Counted from the first letter of the stretch, positions 1-14,609 are shown. The stretch: DNA of 64,000 bases from Antedon mediterranea (GCF_964355755.1 NC_092676.1:18928871-18992870); one strand, 5' to 3'. Numbers and translations: made by a program. The notes: generated from the letters alone by a model not told the origin.

Positions 1-350
1 ACAACCACAATTCTTTCTTGATACAACTAACCAACCATACAACTAACCAAACAACTAGCTATACAACCAGACAACCAACCATTTACAACCACAATTCTTC
101 CTTGATACAACCAACCAACCATTCAACTAACCAAACAACTAGCTATACAACCAGACAACCAACCATTTACAACCACAATTCTTCCTTGATACAACCAACC
201 AACCATTCAACTAACCAAACAACTAGCTATACAACCAGACAACCAAGCAACCAACCATACAACCACAATTCTTCCTTGATACAACCAACCAACCGACCAA
301 ACAAATATACAACCAACCAAACACACATACAACTATTACAACCACAACCA
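1..350. repeat. CAAC-rich tandem repeat, higher-order unit about 84 bp (about 3.5 copies), running off the window edge
   Basis: Unit ACAACCACAATTCTTCCTTGATACAACCAACC... recurs at about 1, 85, 169 and 258. The 18..416 ORF simply translates it with a 28-aa period. Confidence 0.85.
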
Positions 351-929
351 ACTAAAACTTGTCAGTCAGGTGGTCAGTTGGTCAGGTGGGCAGTCAGTCG
401 AGAAGGCGGTCAGTAGTCTAGTCGATATAAAGGCGGTCAGAGTATGTTCATTCGTTTATCCATGGTTCAATTCACCTAGCCTATTCCTATGCATTGCGAA
501 TTAAATCACATTATTCGCAATTTTCATTGATTTATCTCCATACCGCCGACAAAAACCTCCAATGAAAAAAAAAATTATAATGTACAACGTAGGCATATTT
601 ATAATAGTTTGCCGAGACATTTTCACAATGAAAAATTGTGATGTAATTAAATATAAAATAAATATATTAATGCAATTTATTAGTAAACTACTTCCTCCCC
701 AGAGATGCTATAAATTGAATTTATTTTTATTGCATGCAAACATGAATAATGTATGCGATTCTATGAAGCTAAATTTTTTTAAACTTTTCAGCATTTTTTG
801 TGATAATAATATAATGCTGTGAATAATAATAAGACTGTATTGTTTAGGTTGCAATATTACTATGTATATATAATGTGATTATAATGTTTTAACCCTCACC
901 TATCATGCAAGGCGTGCCTACAAAAGTAA

Positions 930-1087
930 AGTTTGGTTTCCACAAGGGACGTAACACATCAACGTAGCGCAACGTAAGAGATTTGACCAATCACAAGCGA
1001 TGGATTTATTCCACTGTCGCTTGTTATTGGTCAACTCGTTTGCGTTGCGTCTACGTCCTTGCGTTGCGTCCTTGTGGGAACCAAGCT
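930..1087. mobile_element. PIF/Harbinger-type MITE (family H1)
   Basis: Imperfect TIRs AGTTTGGTTTCCACAAGGGACG / CGTCCTTGTGGGAACCAAGCT, flanked by TAA on both sides. Same family as 55796-55969 and 59548-59726. Confidence 0.75.
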
Positions 1088-1287
1088 TAAAGGGCTTAAC
1101 ACTGAATCACACTAAAATAGGATTTTCTCCCATTTAGTGATGCGTTTTGAAGATCGTAAAAGTTCGTAGTACAAAAAGATCATTTTCACTATTCAAAACT
1201 CTTATTCTAAAACCATATACGCACTTGAGGGTATTCTCCTCGTGGCAAATATGTTACTACTGTAGCAACACTACGGTGCAACAGTAT

Positions 1288-1448
1288 ACAAATAATTAAT
1301 GTTTATGAGTGCAATGGTACAAATAATGGCACGAGGTGAATGATGAAAGGTTATATCAACGAGGCAAAGCCGAGTTGATATAACCTTTCATCATTCACCA
1401 AGTGCCATTATTTGTACCATTACACGAATACAAAACATTCATTATTTG
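1288..1448. repeat. Long hairpin (foldback) element with central CGAGGCAAAGCCGAG motif, probably a non-autonomous DNA transposon
   Basis: Arms of about 70 bp: ...ATGGTACAAATAATGGCAC..GGTGAATGATGAAAGGTTATATCAAC versus GTTGATATAACCTTTCATCATTCACC..GTGCCATTATTTGTACCAT. Family not assigned with confidence. Confidence 0.6.
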
Positions 1449-1601
1449 TTTTATGTAACATCTAGACGTTTTTTTTTCGTACACAAAAATGTTTCAAAAA
1501 GTACTATTTAACGATCGTTGAATAGTGCGTACTATTGCACGCCATGTGACCCACATTCGTCCAATCAAATGACAGGAATTTATATAGGTGTTATATAATA
1601 A

Positions 1602-1792
1602 AGGATCTTTCACACCTGTTCCGGTACGGTTCCGGTCCGGCGACGGCAAATCCAATCGAACGTCAATGTTTTGTTTTTACGCGGCTACGCGCATATCAAT
1701 TGGTGCTTGGCCGCGTGGAGCGTCGTGAAAACGAAACATTGGCGTTCGATTCGCCGGACCGGAACCGTGCCGGAACAGGTGTGAAAGGCCCT
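1602..1792. mobile_element. PIF/Harbinger-type MITE
   Basis: TIRs CTTTCACACCTGTTCCGGTACGGTTCCGGTCCGGCG / CGCCGGACCGGAACCGTGCCGGAACAGGTGTGAAAG, flanked by TAA/TTA. Confidence 0.75.
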
Positions 1793-2477
1793 TTAGTGAT
1801 GAGTTGTTATAGCAATTCTTATTGTTAGAATATGTTCTGTAATTAAAAAAAAATCAATTGCTTTACTGTTGACTACCTTTCTCCCACATTCATTACGGGT
1901 TGTCCCCTGCCCTGACAATACCCCTTTTTCAAATATGATGTATATAAAACAGTGGTAACAACAAAACATTATACGATGTATACTTAGTTCTATACCGATC
2001 CTGATAGTTAACAGCATTTAGTTGAGACTTGGCTAAGTGTCCTATTTTTTTTCAGGAGGAGACAAAGTAAACTCATTAATGTTTACCTGCGATACTAGCC
2101 ATAGATAAGACATCTAGATAGGCATCAGGAGACGCAGTCTTGTCGTCAGCTCTTTCATGTTGACATCTATAGGTTGCTCCCTTTGGCCCTTCATTAGACG
2201 TACATGTTCGTCCGCTAATGCTTACGGGTAAATTCTCACTGAAGATAGAATCTGTAACATACCCTTCAGTTTTATCTAAAATGTTAATTAAATAAACATT
2301 ATATTATAGGATTATATCTTAAGATAATTTGAACATTGTATGTTTTACTCGAGGGCTAAATGTATATATGATTATACGTCATGTTTCATATAAACTTATA
2401 CGGTACACTATAGGCTACCTATACTACTACTGGTGTAATTATGAGGATAGTTAACGCATCAATCGTCTTTTACAAGA

Positions 2478-2859
2478 CTACTCGTTTACACTAGGACGAT
2501 AATGATAAACAGATAAACATTCTTAGATAAAACAAAATAAATTGGAAATGGTTTCCTTTTAGTATTAAATGATAATCATATAATGCTGTCTTTGATTAAT
2601 TTAATATTTTAAAAATCAATAAAAACAATTACATCATTGCATTGTCACTATAATTCATCATCATCTAATCATGACGTCATTTGATTGTTGGACGTGTGAA
2701 AATATTATTTTCATCAAAGGCAGCATAGATGGTTATACTATAGTTCTATGATAAACACTTTTTAGATTTCTTTTGTTTTATGTACGGAAAATGTATGTTT
2801 ATCTCTATTTATCGTCCATCAGTATCGTCGATCGTTATCGTCCATAGTGTAAACGGGCT
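2478..2859. mobile_element. Degenerate Harbinger-like MITE
   Basis: CGTTTACACTAGGACGATAA... at left versus ...TTATCGTCCATAGTGTAAACG at right, followed by GGCT|TTA. Confidence 0.55.
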
Positions 2860-5800
2860 TTAAAACGCACTATAAACGATCAAATAAAACTGTTGTCGAT
2901 TTTCCTTTCTACCGTGCCACTTACAGCCAAACGTCACAACCATCGTTCAAACTGTAAGTTAAACTAATTTTTAAAAAGTATCGTGTTGGTGATCGATCGT
3001 GCACTTGCCTTTAGGCGAACTCTCACTTGTGCATCACTTATTGATTATGGCCTTCGCTTGTTTAGTTACCGTACATTTATTTAAAATATGAATAGATATT
3101 ATTGATCTGGGGGAAGTTACGACGTCTTAATGCTTTAGGCCTGACGGTGTGTGACATGTTTAATACCATATTCGTTGTGATCTAATAGTCGCCTGTAAGC
3201 AAAAAGTCACGGGTTCCAATTCTTCCTTCCCCCTCCGTTTTTGGTAATATGTGTACTAGAGGCTGTCCTGAATTTCCACTTTGCTTACACGACGGGAGAA
3301 TGTCATAAATGCCATTTTCAACGCATTGTTTTTTACAATAAATTTGTTGCTTTTCTTTTAGTGTAATCAAGACATGATAAGTATAGTTAAATCTATATAT
3401 AAATATAAATTTACCAAAAATACAAGGCAACCATATTATTATTTACAAAATGATTTTTATAAAGTGTATTTTTGCGATACATTAATATTTTTTTTTCTTT
3501 TAATTCATTACTCTCTTATTTTTGAGAGAGTATTATCGTGTTTCTTCTTATTTGTTTAATGGTTACGTTACCTTTATCTCTTAATTTTGTATTATGTATG
3601 TGTTGAAATGAAATTAAAAAAAAGTATAGTTAAATCTTACCTGATTTAACAATTGTGTAAACGGTGAATACCTGAAATAGAAATATTATAAATAATAATT
3701 TAAAATGCTAATCAATGATGTCCTGCTTGTATTATATTACCCCTTCAAAGAGGCAAAATATTGGAATGTAAATGTGCTGTACTGGATCGGGAACCATTAT
3801 GTCGTCACACAACACACACCACGTCCCCTTCCCCGGCTAGCACCACATCTGAAATCTCACGTTTTACAATCTTCATTATTGGACAAATTAGGAGTACATT
3901 TAACACCTATTATAAAATAATGTTCTACGTCCGGTTGCGTTGGTTCGCATTGATTTGATAATATGCTAATAGTTCATTATGAGAGGTAATTTATTTTTAA
4001 TGAATGAATTTGTTCAAGCTTTCATTTATTATAAGAATAATTTATTGTATTTTTAAAAAATCTTATCCGAGACGAATATTTAATTTTAAAATGAAATTAT
4101 TAGAATATGATTTATATGATTTCGTATTACATTTAATTTGCAACTACTGTATTAGTTTCAATATTCAATATAGGCCGATTTTTTTCATAACGTATCACAG
4201 TGTCAATGCATAAATGTATCTTGATCGTGTATGTAAAGATAGCATAGATACCACATTGATTAGACATATATTATGCGAGTATTCTTCGAATTCCTAAAGG
4301 GACGCATATTTTACAAGTTTGCATAGAAATCGAGGTGTATCTTGTCAGCATTATTGCAGGCAAGAGTAACTTCTAGTTATCTAATTAGGTTTTGTGTTTG
4401 AAATGCAGAATATTATATACTTGAGTGGAATCACGATGCATCGCATGTAAGGAGGTAGCGATCATATCGGTTTGTGCATTTGACACCTTGTCGTCCGTTT
4501 GTACGTCTCTTGTAAAGGTGTTCTTAGACTGGCGGGATCCTGTTTTATGGATGTACCAGGCAGTCTGTAGTTATTGTCTTTGTTTTATGTCGGCATTTCG
4601 ATTTTTTTTTCGAAATAGTGATCTCAAGTATTATAAGTATGAAGCGCCATGTGTGTCAAAATAATATTTATCTTTTACTAATTTCGGTATAGAACCTAGA
4701 CTAAGCCTTTTTATGATAGTTGATATTGTGATTATGATATTATTATATCAAAATTTATAAAAAAAATAACATTGCGGAAACAGAGAGAGACTGCTGCCAG
4801 CCCCGTAGCCATGCAGTGAGATCACAGTATATTTAAAAAAAAAAAAAATCCCCTGCCCCCATTCAGAGTTATAATATAGGCTTAGGCTTATGTATTTCTT
4901 TTTAACTGTATTTAAAACAATAATACATTTTTTCGCCATAATTATTATCATCAGTCTTCTAACCCGTTATCCTTATCTTTACCATCCATGATCTTATCAC
5001 AAATTATCATCATCGTCCTCTTCTGTATTCCAATGTACTAACATGATTATATTCCTTTATTTGTTTCAGTTTTTGTGAACATAATTCATGCACACTTTAA
5101 TCTTTAATATCCACCAGCCATGTAAGAAAATATAATGCTAGCGAAGTAGATCGATACATACAAAATGAATAATACATGAATGACGACTTTATCGTAGCTG
5201 GAAGGTGTTTGTGTACTGCGTTTGGTGGGGCGCCGACTTCTACGATCATTAAATCTGTTATTCTTACTTAAACCTTACCTCGCGTGTATTATTCAATTGA
5301 CACATTATTTTTTGTGCAACACAGGTGAATTATTTGTGGGACACTCGTGCATCATTAGAGTGACACGCGTGCATTATTTGTGCAACATAGGTATAAGATG
5401 AATCTTCGGATAAAAACATGTATTCGAGTGTTTTAGTCATCGAATTTCACTCAAAAATACACGCAATTATCTTGTGATACAACATTGTATAATACAACCA
5501 AATAGTAGGCCTTATTATAATCAGAGACCCTAAAATTAATTATGCCTACGCTATATAAAACGTATGCCACGCGTGGCACACGCGAGGATTGTTTGATTGG
5601 CACTAGTATAGGTAATAAGTGAAACCCATTCGAAATATCTAATTATTTACTCCAATGATAAGAATAAATAAATATGAATACTTACAAATATAATATGGCA
5701 GATGAACGTATACATATTCCACAGCAACATGGTGTCGCTGCTTTAGACGTTAGCACTGTTGTGTTTTATTATAGATGTTACACCGCTACAGCCAAGTATC

Positions 5801-7238
5801 GTATACGAATAACATCTTGGTCGATTCGACATCTCGATCAACAGTATTGATTTGCGGAGAACAAGGCATTTTAGTTAGATTGGCTGAAAAGAGCATAGCT
5901 TGCACACCATCGCAAACGAAGCATGCTAGCAACAACAGAAACATTCATTTGACCTGAACGACTGAGCGACGATTAAGATGAATACGATATGCAGATATTC
6001 TAGGTTGTAAACATTTTAAATACAGTATTTGATTGATTCGTGGTTCGTATTTTCAAGAGCATGTTGCCCGAGGCCTGTACATTTTATACGAATATTATCC
6101 AAAGTCGAACTACTGTATTTGCAATATTTACAACGATCACAAAAATAAAAACAAATTATATTCATATTGTATTTTTGTATAAATGGCTAGTAAAATGTAC
6201 AATAATCGTTAATTATTTCAAAACATGTGTTATATGATTTCCTAATCTTAGTGCAATAATGTTAAACTCAATTAATATTAACCCATTATTCTAATGAAGT
6301 ATTCTGTTTTTTCATCTTTGTATATTTTTTTATTATTTTTTTTAATGTATTTTTGTCAGAGTTTTGATTATAGGCCTATTTGTTTATATATTGATTTCAA
6401 TAAAGATTATTTATTAAAATTAAATTGGTTATAGACAGATGCGACAGGTCAATATAAGTACGGTAGTAGCCTAAATAAATTTACTCGAACTTATATCTTT
6501 TACTTATTGTTTGTCTTACCAGGGAAGAGTAAATTCACGCTTACCTGGTCTTACCATGTGTACACTAATGTGTGAGTGGCCCCTTACTTCGTCTCATGAT
6601 TAAAATTACATTAGTCTCTGAAGTCAAAAGGCATGTAGTGGCGTATGACTTATTTAAACAGTACAGCAAGCATTTTTATGATATAATTCTACCCCTAATA
6701 CAAATTACATTTGTTCCAATTGAAAATACACAGAGTACAAACTGTGATAGTTTCCACGTAGGCCTATCCGAGACAGTAAAATTGTGCATTACTTTATTTC
6801 GTTCTTTTAGTTATAAAACCACTTCGCGACTGACCATTGGTTTAGATATGATTATCATTTCGGCAACAGGCCCTCTACTACATCCACATGGGAGTGTATC
6901 GGTAGATACTTTCGCCCTGTTACATCTGAAAGTCCGAAAATACTTTCAATACTCTTTATAAACTGTAAACACAATATATTAATCATATTATTGCTGTATG
7001 CAGCCTACTAACTAATTTAGAGACACCGTAACGTGGTTCATAGTATCTTGTTTGTTAAACAAATAAAAACATCTGAGTCTTGGCATTAGCAAGAACATCC
7101 AAGAAGTCCTGGTATTCTATAGCAAGAACACCAGAGTCAATTGGTATCTATCAGAAAGAACACCCGCCAGTCTCCAACAGCGAGTCTCGGTATATTATCA
7201 AGAAAACTCGAGTCTTGGTATTAACAAGAACATCCAAT

Positions 7239-10200
7239 TTATTTAGACTTATTCCTCCGCTTGATTTGCTCACAATAGGTATCCGCAATCACCTTCTCTA
7301 TATTTCTTTCATTTTCCAGTAAGTTTCGAATATCATCATACGTTACGTCATTTTGAAGAATAATCAATCTACGGAGAAATAAACTCAATTTGAAATGAAA
7401 CACATAATATAGTAAATTCAGTCTTAAAACTTTCCATGAAATAGGCCACATGTGACACACATGCGATGCTATATTACGGAATTCGCCTATGACGGTGGCT
7501 AAATATTGTCATGCAGTATGTGGAGATACGGCACTGAAAATCGAGTGAATTCAAACTTACCTAGAATCTCTCTTTCTGGCTCGTCCTCTCAATTGAACCA
7601 GTGCTGTCGTTGAAGATGGTGTGTACAGTAAGATAACTAAATCACACTGTGGGATGTCAACGCCCTCTTCAGCAACGCTTGTTGCAACGATCACCTAAAA
7701 GACAACAGTCATAATGACAACTCATTTTTATACCTGGGGATTTCGACTCTGCCGAAATTTGCTTCTATCTGGCTACATCAAATACCAACACTACTGTACT
7801 ATGTTGGCCTACATATTCTCCGCGGCGCGCGATGTCTGCTAAAAGTGGCGTGTAAATTATCGCGTCGCAGCCACAGATAAACCGTTGATCTCCGAAGCAC
7901 AGCATCCTGTAGTTATACAGTATTGCCTTGCTTGAAATAAGTTTTCCTATTGCATTCTCGGAAAGGATTAATAGTATGCTGTTGATGATGCGAGACACTC
8001 GATCACCATCTACAACGTAGGGCACCGTATAACACTTAAAGAATAATTTGATTCCACAAAGTTCTAACCTGGTACATTTTTCTTTTAATACACTGCAATG
8101 CTTGACGTTGCCTACTGACAGACATCCCAGGGGCTGTAGTGCCATCTTTTCTTGGCTTCCTATCGCTTCCATGACCCACCAATTTTAGTGCTCGGATATT
8201 TTGACTTTTAAAAAAGGAATGGCTAAAAACAAGATGTTATATGGCACATTAAGTAGGGCCTAAGTGTATGTAGATTATAATTATTATTATATTTTATGTT
8301 TAGGCATAATATGTAGCCAATGATTACCAATAGTAAACAAATCACTGCCCTATCACATAGGTGGTAATCCCCTTGATACAGGGAAGTGTACTGGACCTAC
8401 GGTGTATATTCCATATCCTAGAAGACTTGCTCCACCACCACCAGAACTAGGAGCGAGTCGACTTCGAACCCATGCCTATATAAACGGCACTTAACCGATT
8501 GACTTAATTATATCAACATATTTTATTAGGTAGCGGAACTAACCACAGGGTATAGGCTCATGCATAACATGTGACGGAAACATCACATCACTATTATTGT
8601 CACGCCATAGTTGTTTTTTGCTGGTATCACCGTCATAAAAAGTCGTCGACGCTAACAGAATAACTGTAATTTTAGTTAGGCCTACCAAATACTTACCTGT
8701 TTAACTTTTGTGTTAACTCTTCTGCGTCTAACCTCGTTTGAACCATAACCAAAGCAAGTGGTTCGTCATCTCTTCGGTGTTCATCAACAAATCTTCGGCC
8801 TAACTGTCTAAGAATCGACACAACTAAGGGATTGGAAATCTCACAGTTTTCAACAGATTCCACAAACCGTTTCAAACACTCTTGATTGAGTGAGAACGTA
8901 TTATTTTTGGAATTGAAACATGTATTGATACATTTCTTCGCTTGAACAATACAGTTTCTCGTGCGTAATTGAAATACTGCAGTAACGAATAGAGACACAG
9001 ACTTTATGGTATAACCAATCAAGGGAGAATTCCGCACCTTTTCTCCGTCCGACAGTTCATTTAGAGCATCCAAGACCTGTACAACAGCACCACTATTCAA
9101 CACATCGTCTGGGTTAAGATTCCTGTCTTGTAACATGTAAGGCAAATTTGTTTTTGTCATTAATCGTGTTAAACAATGATTTGCCATCGCTATGAATTCA
9201 GATAATAGGAATTCAATGTCACGATCAAACTCTATCCTTGTCATTTCTAGTTTGCTTTGTGATTTTACTTTATTCAAATCATCCTTACACTTGACCACAT
9301 GTGTTATTTCTGCATTGCCTAGATTTGCTAGCAACTGCACTAACACTGACTTTGCGCCTTCTCTAGTCTTCCTTCCCGCTGGTGTTGCAGATATACCGAT
9401 GATCTTCGGCTTGTGGGATGACAAAGTGTAATTTTCTTTCATAATCATGTTGTAAGAGTGGTTCTTAGAACAGTGGTGAGTTTCATCAAAGACTATCAAG
9501 CTTATGTTTTGCCAATGCACAGTTCCTTTTTTAAGCATGTTTCGAAAATACTCTAAAAAAAAAAGATAATACTAGTTTCGAATAAAGCCTCCAGATTAAA
9601 GTATTAATCAAAGTTAATGATACAATATTTGTGTATTGAAAAAAAAATGTTATAAGTTTTTCTACAAAAGAGAGACAAGTACCTGCAGTGGCTACAAGTA
9701 GGCCTACGTATTGACTGAGAGGCCTACGGTAATTTGACGACGACTTCGTTGTGAATTGTCCACCTCCAGTTACTCCAATCACGTTTGGAGAGTTACGACC
9801 ATGTCCTTTTAACTCTTTTATGAAATAGTCGGTTTGTTGGATGCATAGAAGAATTTTGTCAACAAGAAACACAGCAATTCGTCCTGGATTCATGTCCAGC
9901 ATTGCTTGTATTATCATCGCTGCCACCAACGTCTTTCCAGTGCCTTTAAAATTGGAAGTCCAATATTTTATTATAATAATTAGTCACAAAACAGTGGTGT
10001 ATATCCCTCCTGTACAGGAGGGCGTGAAACAACCTCTTTCTGTTCAAGCTTGGTTCTGACTAGAGACGCAACACAAGGACGTCTAATCACAAGCGATAAC
10101 TATTGAAACTGTCGCTTGTCATTGGTCAACACGCTTTCGTTGCGTTTATGTCAGGGGTGGCGCCAGGATGTTCCCGACGCGGGGGCTACATTCCCCGACG

Positions 10201-13200
10201 AGGGGGCTATGCGAGCGAAGCGAGCATCACTAGGCTGGGGGCCAGGGGGCCGCCAAGGGCCCCCGGTGAGGGTCCAGGGGGCGAAGCCCCCGGAAGCAAC
10301 GCGTTCTAGCGTCATTTGAGGTCATTTTAATCAGATTTAGGGTAGCCATTTTTTATAATGCATAAATAAAATACTGCGTGCAAAAAAACGATGCGCGATG
10401 ACTGTTTCAATCCATATTTTTCAATTTAAGAAATAAAAGTTCAAAGAAAATTTAGAAAAATAGAGTTGGAGGTCCCGGAAATTGGACTTATTATACTTCA
10501 AAACATGAAATAAAATATATAAGTCCCTATCAAGGTTGTGACTGAGCTAAGAAATGTTTGAAAAATAGAGATGTTAGGTCCCGGAAAATGCACTTCTTGT
10601 ACTTCGAAATATGACCAGCTTTATTGTTGGGGCTGAGCTAAGAAACTGTTTAAAACTAGAGCTGCAGGTCTTCAAAAAATTGCATTTTATACTTCGGAAA
10701 CATCAGGCATAGAGGCTTAAAAAACGCAAGCGTAGACCTTTTTCAGTCGGGGAAATAAGTTTATTCCTCCCAAGTGTATGCGTGCGTCCCATCTGGACTT
10801 CCGAGTGATGAGAAATTCATGACATACAGGACATTGAAAATGTAATAACTTAGCTATAATAAGATGTTGGCTAAGCGAAAATGGCATGTTTTTTTGTTTA
10901 GTAATGGATGAAAAATTTATTTTAGGTGCCCCACGGTACAGAATGTTACTTGTAAATTAAAAAAATTGGTGAACATACGAACAATTAACATAATTCGTTT
11001 TTGCTGTAGTGTAGCGTACGTCGACGCAGTACACGACGTTAACCGTCAGTAAACTTCGCCTGGAAAATAACTACAGTACACATTTTGGTCCCTGGATGGA
11101 ATGTGATATCACGCGTCTCGACCCAACGTTGAACGATTCGTACAAAGGGATACCGCCAGACAAGTGCGAACCTAGCTATTGTTTAGTAGTAAGTTAGATC
11201 GCTGGCAATAATGAGTGCTTATAAAGTGCATAATATCACTCTGACGTACTCTCTCACGGTCAATGAAACGTCGCGGTTTTCTAGGCGCTGAAGCTAGCTA
11301 CGAAGTGAACGCGAACGCTTTTTACTGTATATTATATTCCCCGACAAAAAGTACCCGTGTTTCCTTCGGTAACCGTCGGTAAACTTCGCCTGGAAAATAA
11401 CTACATTACACATTTTGGTCCCTGGATGGAACTTGATATCACGCGTCTCGACCCAACGTTGAACGATTCGTACAAAGGGATACCGCCAGACAAGTGCGTA
11501 CCTAGCTAACGTTTAGTAGTAAGTTAGATCGCTGGCAATAAATGAATGCATAAAAGTGCATACTAGCCCTCTGACGTACTCTCACGGTCAATGGAACGTC
11601 GTGGTTTTCTAGGCGCTGAAGCTATATGAAGTGAACGCGAACGTTTTTTACTGTATATTATATTCCCCGACAAAAAGTACCCGTGTTCCCCGACGGGGGG
11701 GGGGGGGGGGGGGGGGGGGGCTAGGCTCCCCGACGAGGGGGCTAGAGCCCCCGTAGCCCCCCCGCTGGCGCCACCACTGGTTTATGTCCTTGCGTTACGT
11801 CTTAAAAATGGGAACTAATCTTTACTAAATGGGTTTTAAGACGTAGGTCATAGTAGCAAAGTCAGTGAGATCATTAAGCATCAACCCGATCAATGCCGTC
11901 ATTAAGCTTGATTTCCACCAGGACGCAACCTATGGAATTGACTAATCACAAGCGACAGTTCAGATAATCTATCGCTTTTGATTGGTCAATTTTCTTTTGT
12001 TCATTTTTAGTCGCGTGGAAGCGACTCTATAGTTCACTATGTCGGTCGGTCGGTCTGTCTGTCTGTCTGTCTGTCGGTCCGGTATCACTATGCGTTTTAT
12101 CGCTTTATGACCTTATCTTGATATCAGTTTAATCTAGCTAAGTCAATTTTTCACAGAATATTCCTTATGGCCAGGAATCGATGTGGTTATGTTTTCACGG
12201 TGCGCAATAAAAAATTACGCGGTCTACGCACGATTTAACGAAATCACGTTTGTAATCATATCTTAACAACCATGAATCACAATTAAATAAAATTTGGTAC
12301 TCATAAATTTCAGGGCATAAATCATCATATGGCAATACAATTACGTGCGTAGCGCATGTAACGCATGCGTAAGCGCGCTTAAAATTTTCAAAATTTATTT
12401 TTGATGAAATAAGAGTACGTTTCAGGCAATTTTAAGCGTTTACAAAATTGCCATGAGTGCGCAGATTTTTGCGCGCGCACTGCGCGTTAAATGTTATTGC
12501 GCACTCTTTTTGCCCGATTTCTGTTTTCTTGACATACTTTTCAACTCGAAATTACGTTATACGAGCACGTCAAAAGTGACAGGCTACGCACGTGTAAATT
12601 AAAAAAATATAAATGTTTTTAAACATTTTAACATTTTTAAACATGTTCAGTAATTTCGGTCAGTATAGTTCACTATGTCGGTCGGTCCGTCTGTCTGTCT
12701 GTCTGTCGGTCTGTTTGTCTGTCGGTCCGGTATCACTATGCATTGTAGCACGCGACTTAATGGCTGTTGGCCTTGTTTATTGTACATTTACTTTGTATAC
12801 CGTACTATTTTAAAATACATTATTACCTGTTGGAAGGAATATGACCGCATTACGTCTTTCCATAGCTTGATAAAATAGTTCCTTTTGATAAGCTCTTGGT
12901 GTAGTTGATGTTAACATATTCACATTCAAATTGTTGTTATTAACGTTTAGCTGTAACGGCGGTGACGATGGCTGTAACGGCGGTGACGATAGCTGTAACG
13001 GCGGTGACGGTATCCGTTTTGGTGTATTTTTTAAGTCTTGGTCGAATGTTAATTTGCTATGTTTTAACGGTAACGGTTGTCGTTTTGTTGAATTGAAAAC
13101 TCTTTTATGTTTTTGCCCCTTAATATGCGTTTTGTAATCAGTGATTGACGTAAAACATAACACTCTGCATGGTTGGCAACCTCTTCTCAAAATGTGGGGT

Positions 13201-13526
13201 ATCTGATTGCAGTGTTTCTCTGCTGATATCGGGCCACTAAAATGGACATCGCATGTAGAGCAAAATGTCGCAGCATCACTAGGCCTATTAGGCCTACTAG
13301 TTATTTCATTGTCTGTTTCTTTAACAGACTCGAACCATAGCTCTACCATTCGGTGGTGCCTAATGCTTTCGGTGTGGGCCTGGAGAGAAATATTTCCACT
13401 CATGTTCTTATTACAAGCCACACAGTGAAAAACAGCGCCTTTCGCTTCAATAGGGTTTTCAAAAAACACATCCTCCATTAATGATTCGTCGGATGATTGG
13501 ACTGCAAGATTGTTATTTTTGTCCAT
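7239..13526 (-). CDS. Paralogue A: 3x U1C/matrin-type zinc finger + RIG-I/Dicer-family DExH-box helicase (about 744 aa, 6 coding exons)
   Basis: Exons 13526-12827, 9943-9683, 9552-8697, 8222-8069, 7694-7561, 7368-7239, all GT-AG and phase-compatible. Motifs: Q-motif PRAYQKE, I LPTGTGKT, II DETHH, III SAT, IV VMVQTR, LVGHG...[27 protein letters not shown]. Fingers C-x2-C-x12/13-H-x5-H. The start codon (first ATG of the exon) is uncertain. Confidence 0.88.
8277..8505 (-). mobile_element. tRNA-derived SINE-like element in intron 3 of paralogue A
   Basis: On the - strand there is a B-box-like GGGTTCGAAG near the 5' end and an (AAT)n tail at 8277-8293. Related sequence occurs at about 42690-42950 and 61400-61570. 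Confidence 0.5.
10152..11779. mobile_element. Non-autonomous hAT-like transposon, copy 1, inserted into a Harbinger H1 MITE in intron 1 of paralogue A
   Basis: TIRs CAGGGGTGGCGCCAG / CTGGCGCCACCACTG; 8-bp TSD GTTTATGT (10144-10151, 11780-11787); internal tandem duplication of about 330 bp; no transposase ORF. Confidence 0.9.
12005..12777 (+). mobile_element. Helentron-associated (DINE-1/HINE-like) non-autonomous element
   Basis: Begins TTTTTAGTCGCGTG, has (GTCY)n microsatellite blocks at 12041-12080 and 12677-12730, a subterminal inverted copy CACGCGACT, and a 3' mini-hairpin GGCTGTTGGCC followed by TTGTT. Confidence 0.65.
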
Positions 13527-14609
13527 CGTTGTTGTCCTACTGGTTTTAATAATATTCAAGTTATTCTCTGTCCTACTACGTTTCAACGACCATAAAGGGG
13601 AGCAAATTTAATAGGCCTAGTTAAAAATAAGTAAAAATATATACCAATACAATACAAGTAGTGAAAGTCGTATATAATAACGCTCAATGATAGAGTTATA
13701 CAGCTTGTTTGTAATTATTTCTCTTTACTTTGGCTTTTAATGTATATACTAGACTTTAAGATATTTAAATAAAAAAATAGGCCTACAACTAATTAAAATA
13801 AATAAATAATTAATTTTTAACAAAATTCACACTTAACTGTTGCAATTAGCTATCGTGCGGTATTAAACATGTTAGTTAGTGGTTAAGTAATATAAAAACG
13901 ATGCGCGAACATTGTTTCAGTATTGTTCGTTTGGTTCCAACTAGGACGCCACGCAAAGATGTAAGCGCCACATATGATTTGACCAATCAAGCGATGAATT
14001 ATTTGAACTATCACTTATCATTGGTCATTGCCGCCTACAGTTATTGGAACCAACCTTTAAGCCTAGGCCTAGTCTACGGCAGGTATAATTATGTTAATTT
14101 GAAAATTACCAAATAGTACCTAGTTTTACACACAAATGTTTACATTTAAACTTTTTTTTTACACCCGCGTTATGTAAAATCAATGCCCCGTTGTTAACAA
14201 TTGGTGGATACATAAGTTTGGGACTCCTTATATGAAAGATAGCCGAACTACTTCCTAAATAAAACATGAATAGGCTACGCATGTAAAATGAGTTGCTCAT
14301 GGGATCAGAACCCCATACATCGACATGCAAAGTCCATAGTCCAATTCTTACGTCACAGCTTATGGATATGACTAATGAATATTCATGTTTGTTTTGTGAC
14401 GTTTCATGAGGGGTCCCAACTTATGTACGAAAAGAAATATTGCAACCGGCGACGGCGATGTAAGTTTGTTTCTCTTGAATTATTTAATTTACTTACTTTT
14501 ACCCTCCATGCTTACATTATGTAGACAAACTTTTAATTAACTTGAATTAAATTCATCACATTTATATCATAATTCTATTGATCTCTTATTATACTACAGC
14601 CGTATGTAC

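Noticed and set aside
18-416. 132-aa Q/T/N-rich ORF
   Set aside because: Product of a CAAC-rich tandem repeat.
10103-10319. GC-rich short ORFs repeated at 14615 and 29958
   Set aside because: They translate the GC-rich left end of the hAT-like element; no transposase similarity.
11695-11720. Long poly-G run as a G-quadruplex element
   Set aside because: Homopolymer expansion inside hAT copy 1, much shorter in copy 2; length may also be a sequencing error.
7239-13526. Naming the helicases DDX58, IFIH1, DHX58 or DICER1
   Set aside because: No CARD, CTD, PAZ or RNase III domain is seen; orthology needs a phylogeny.
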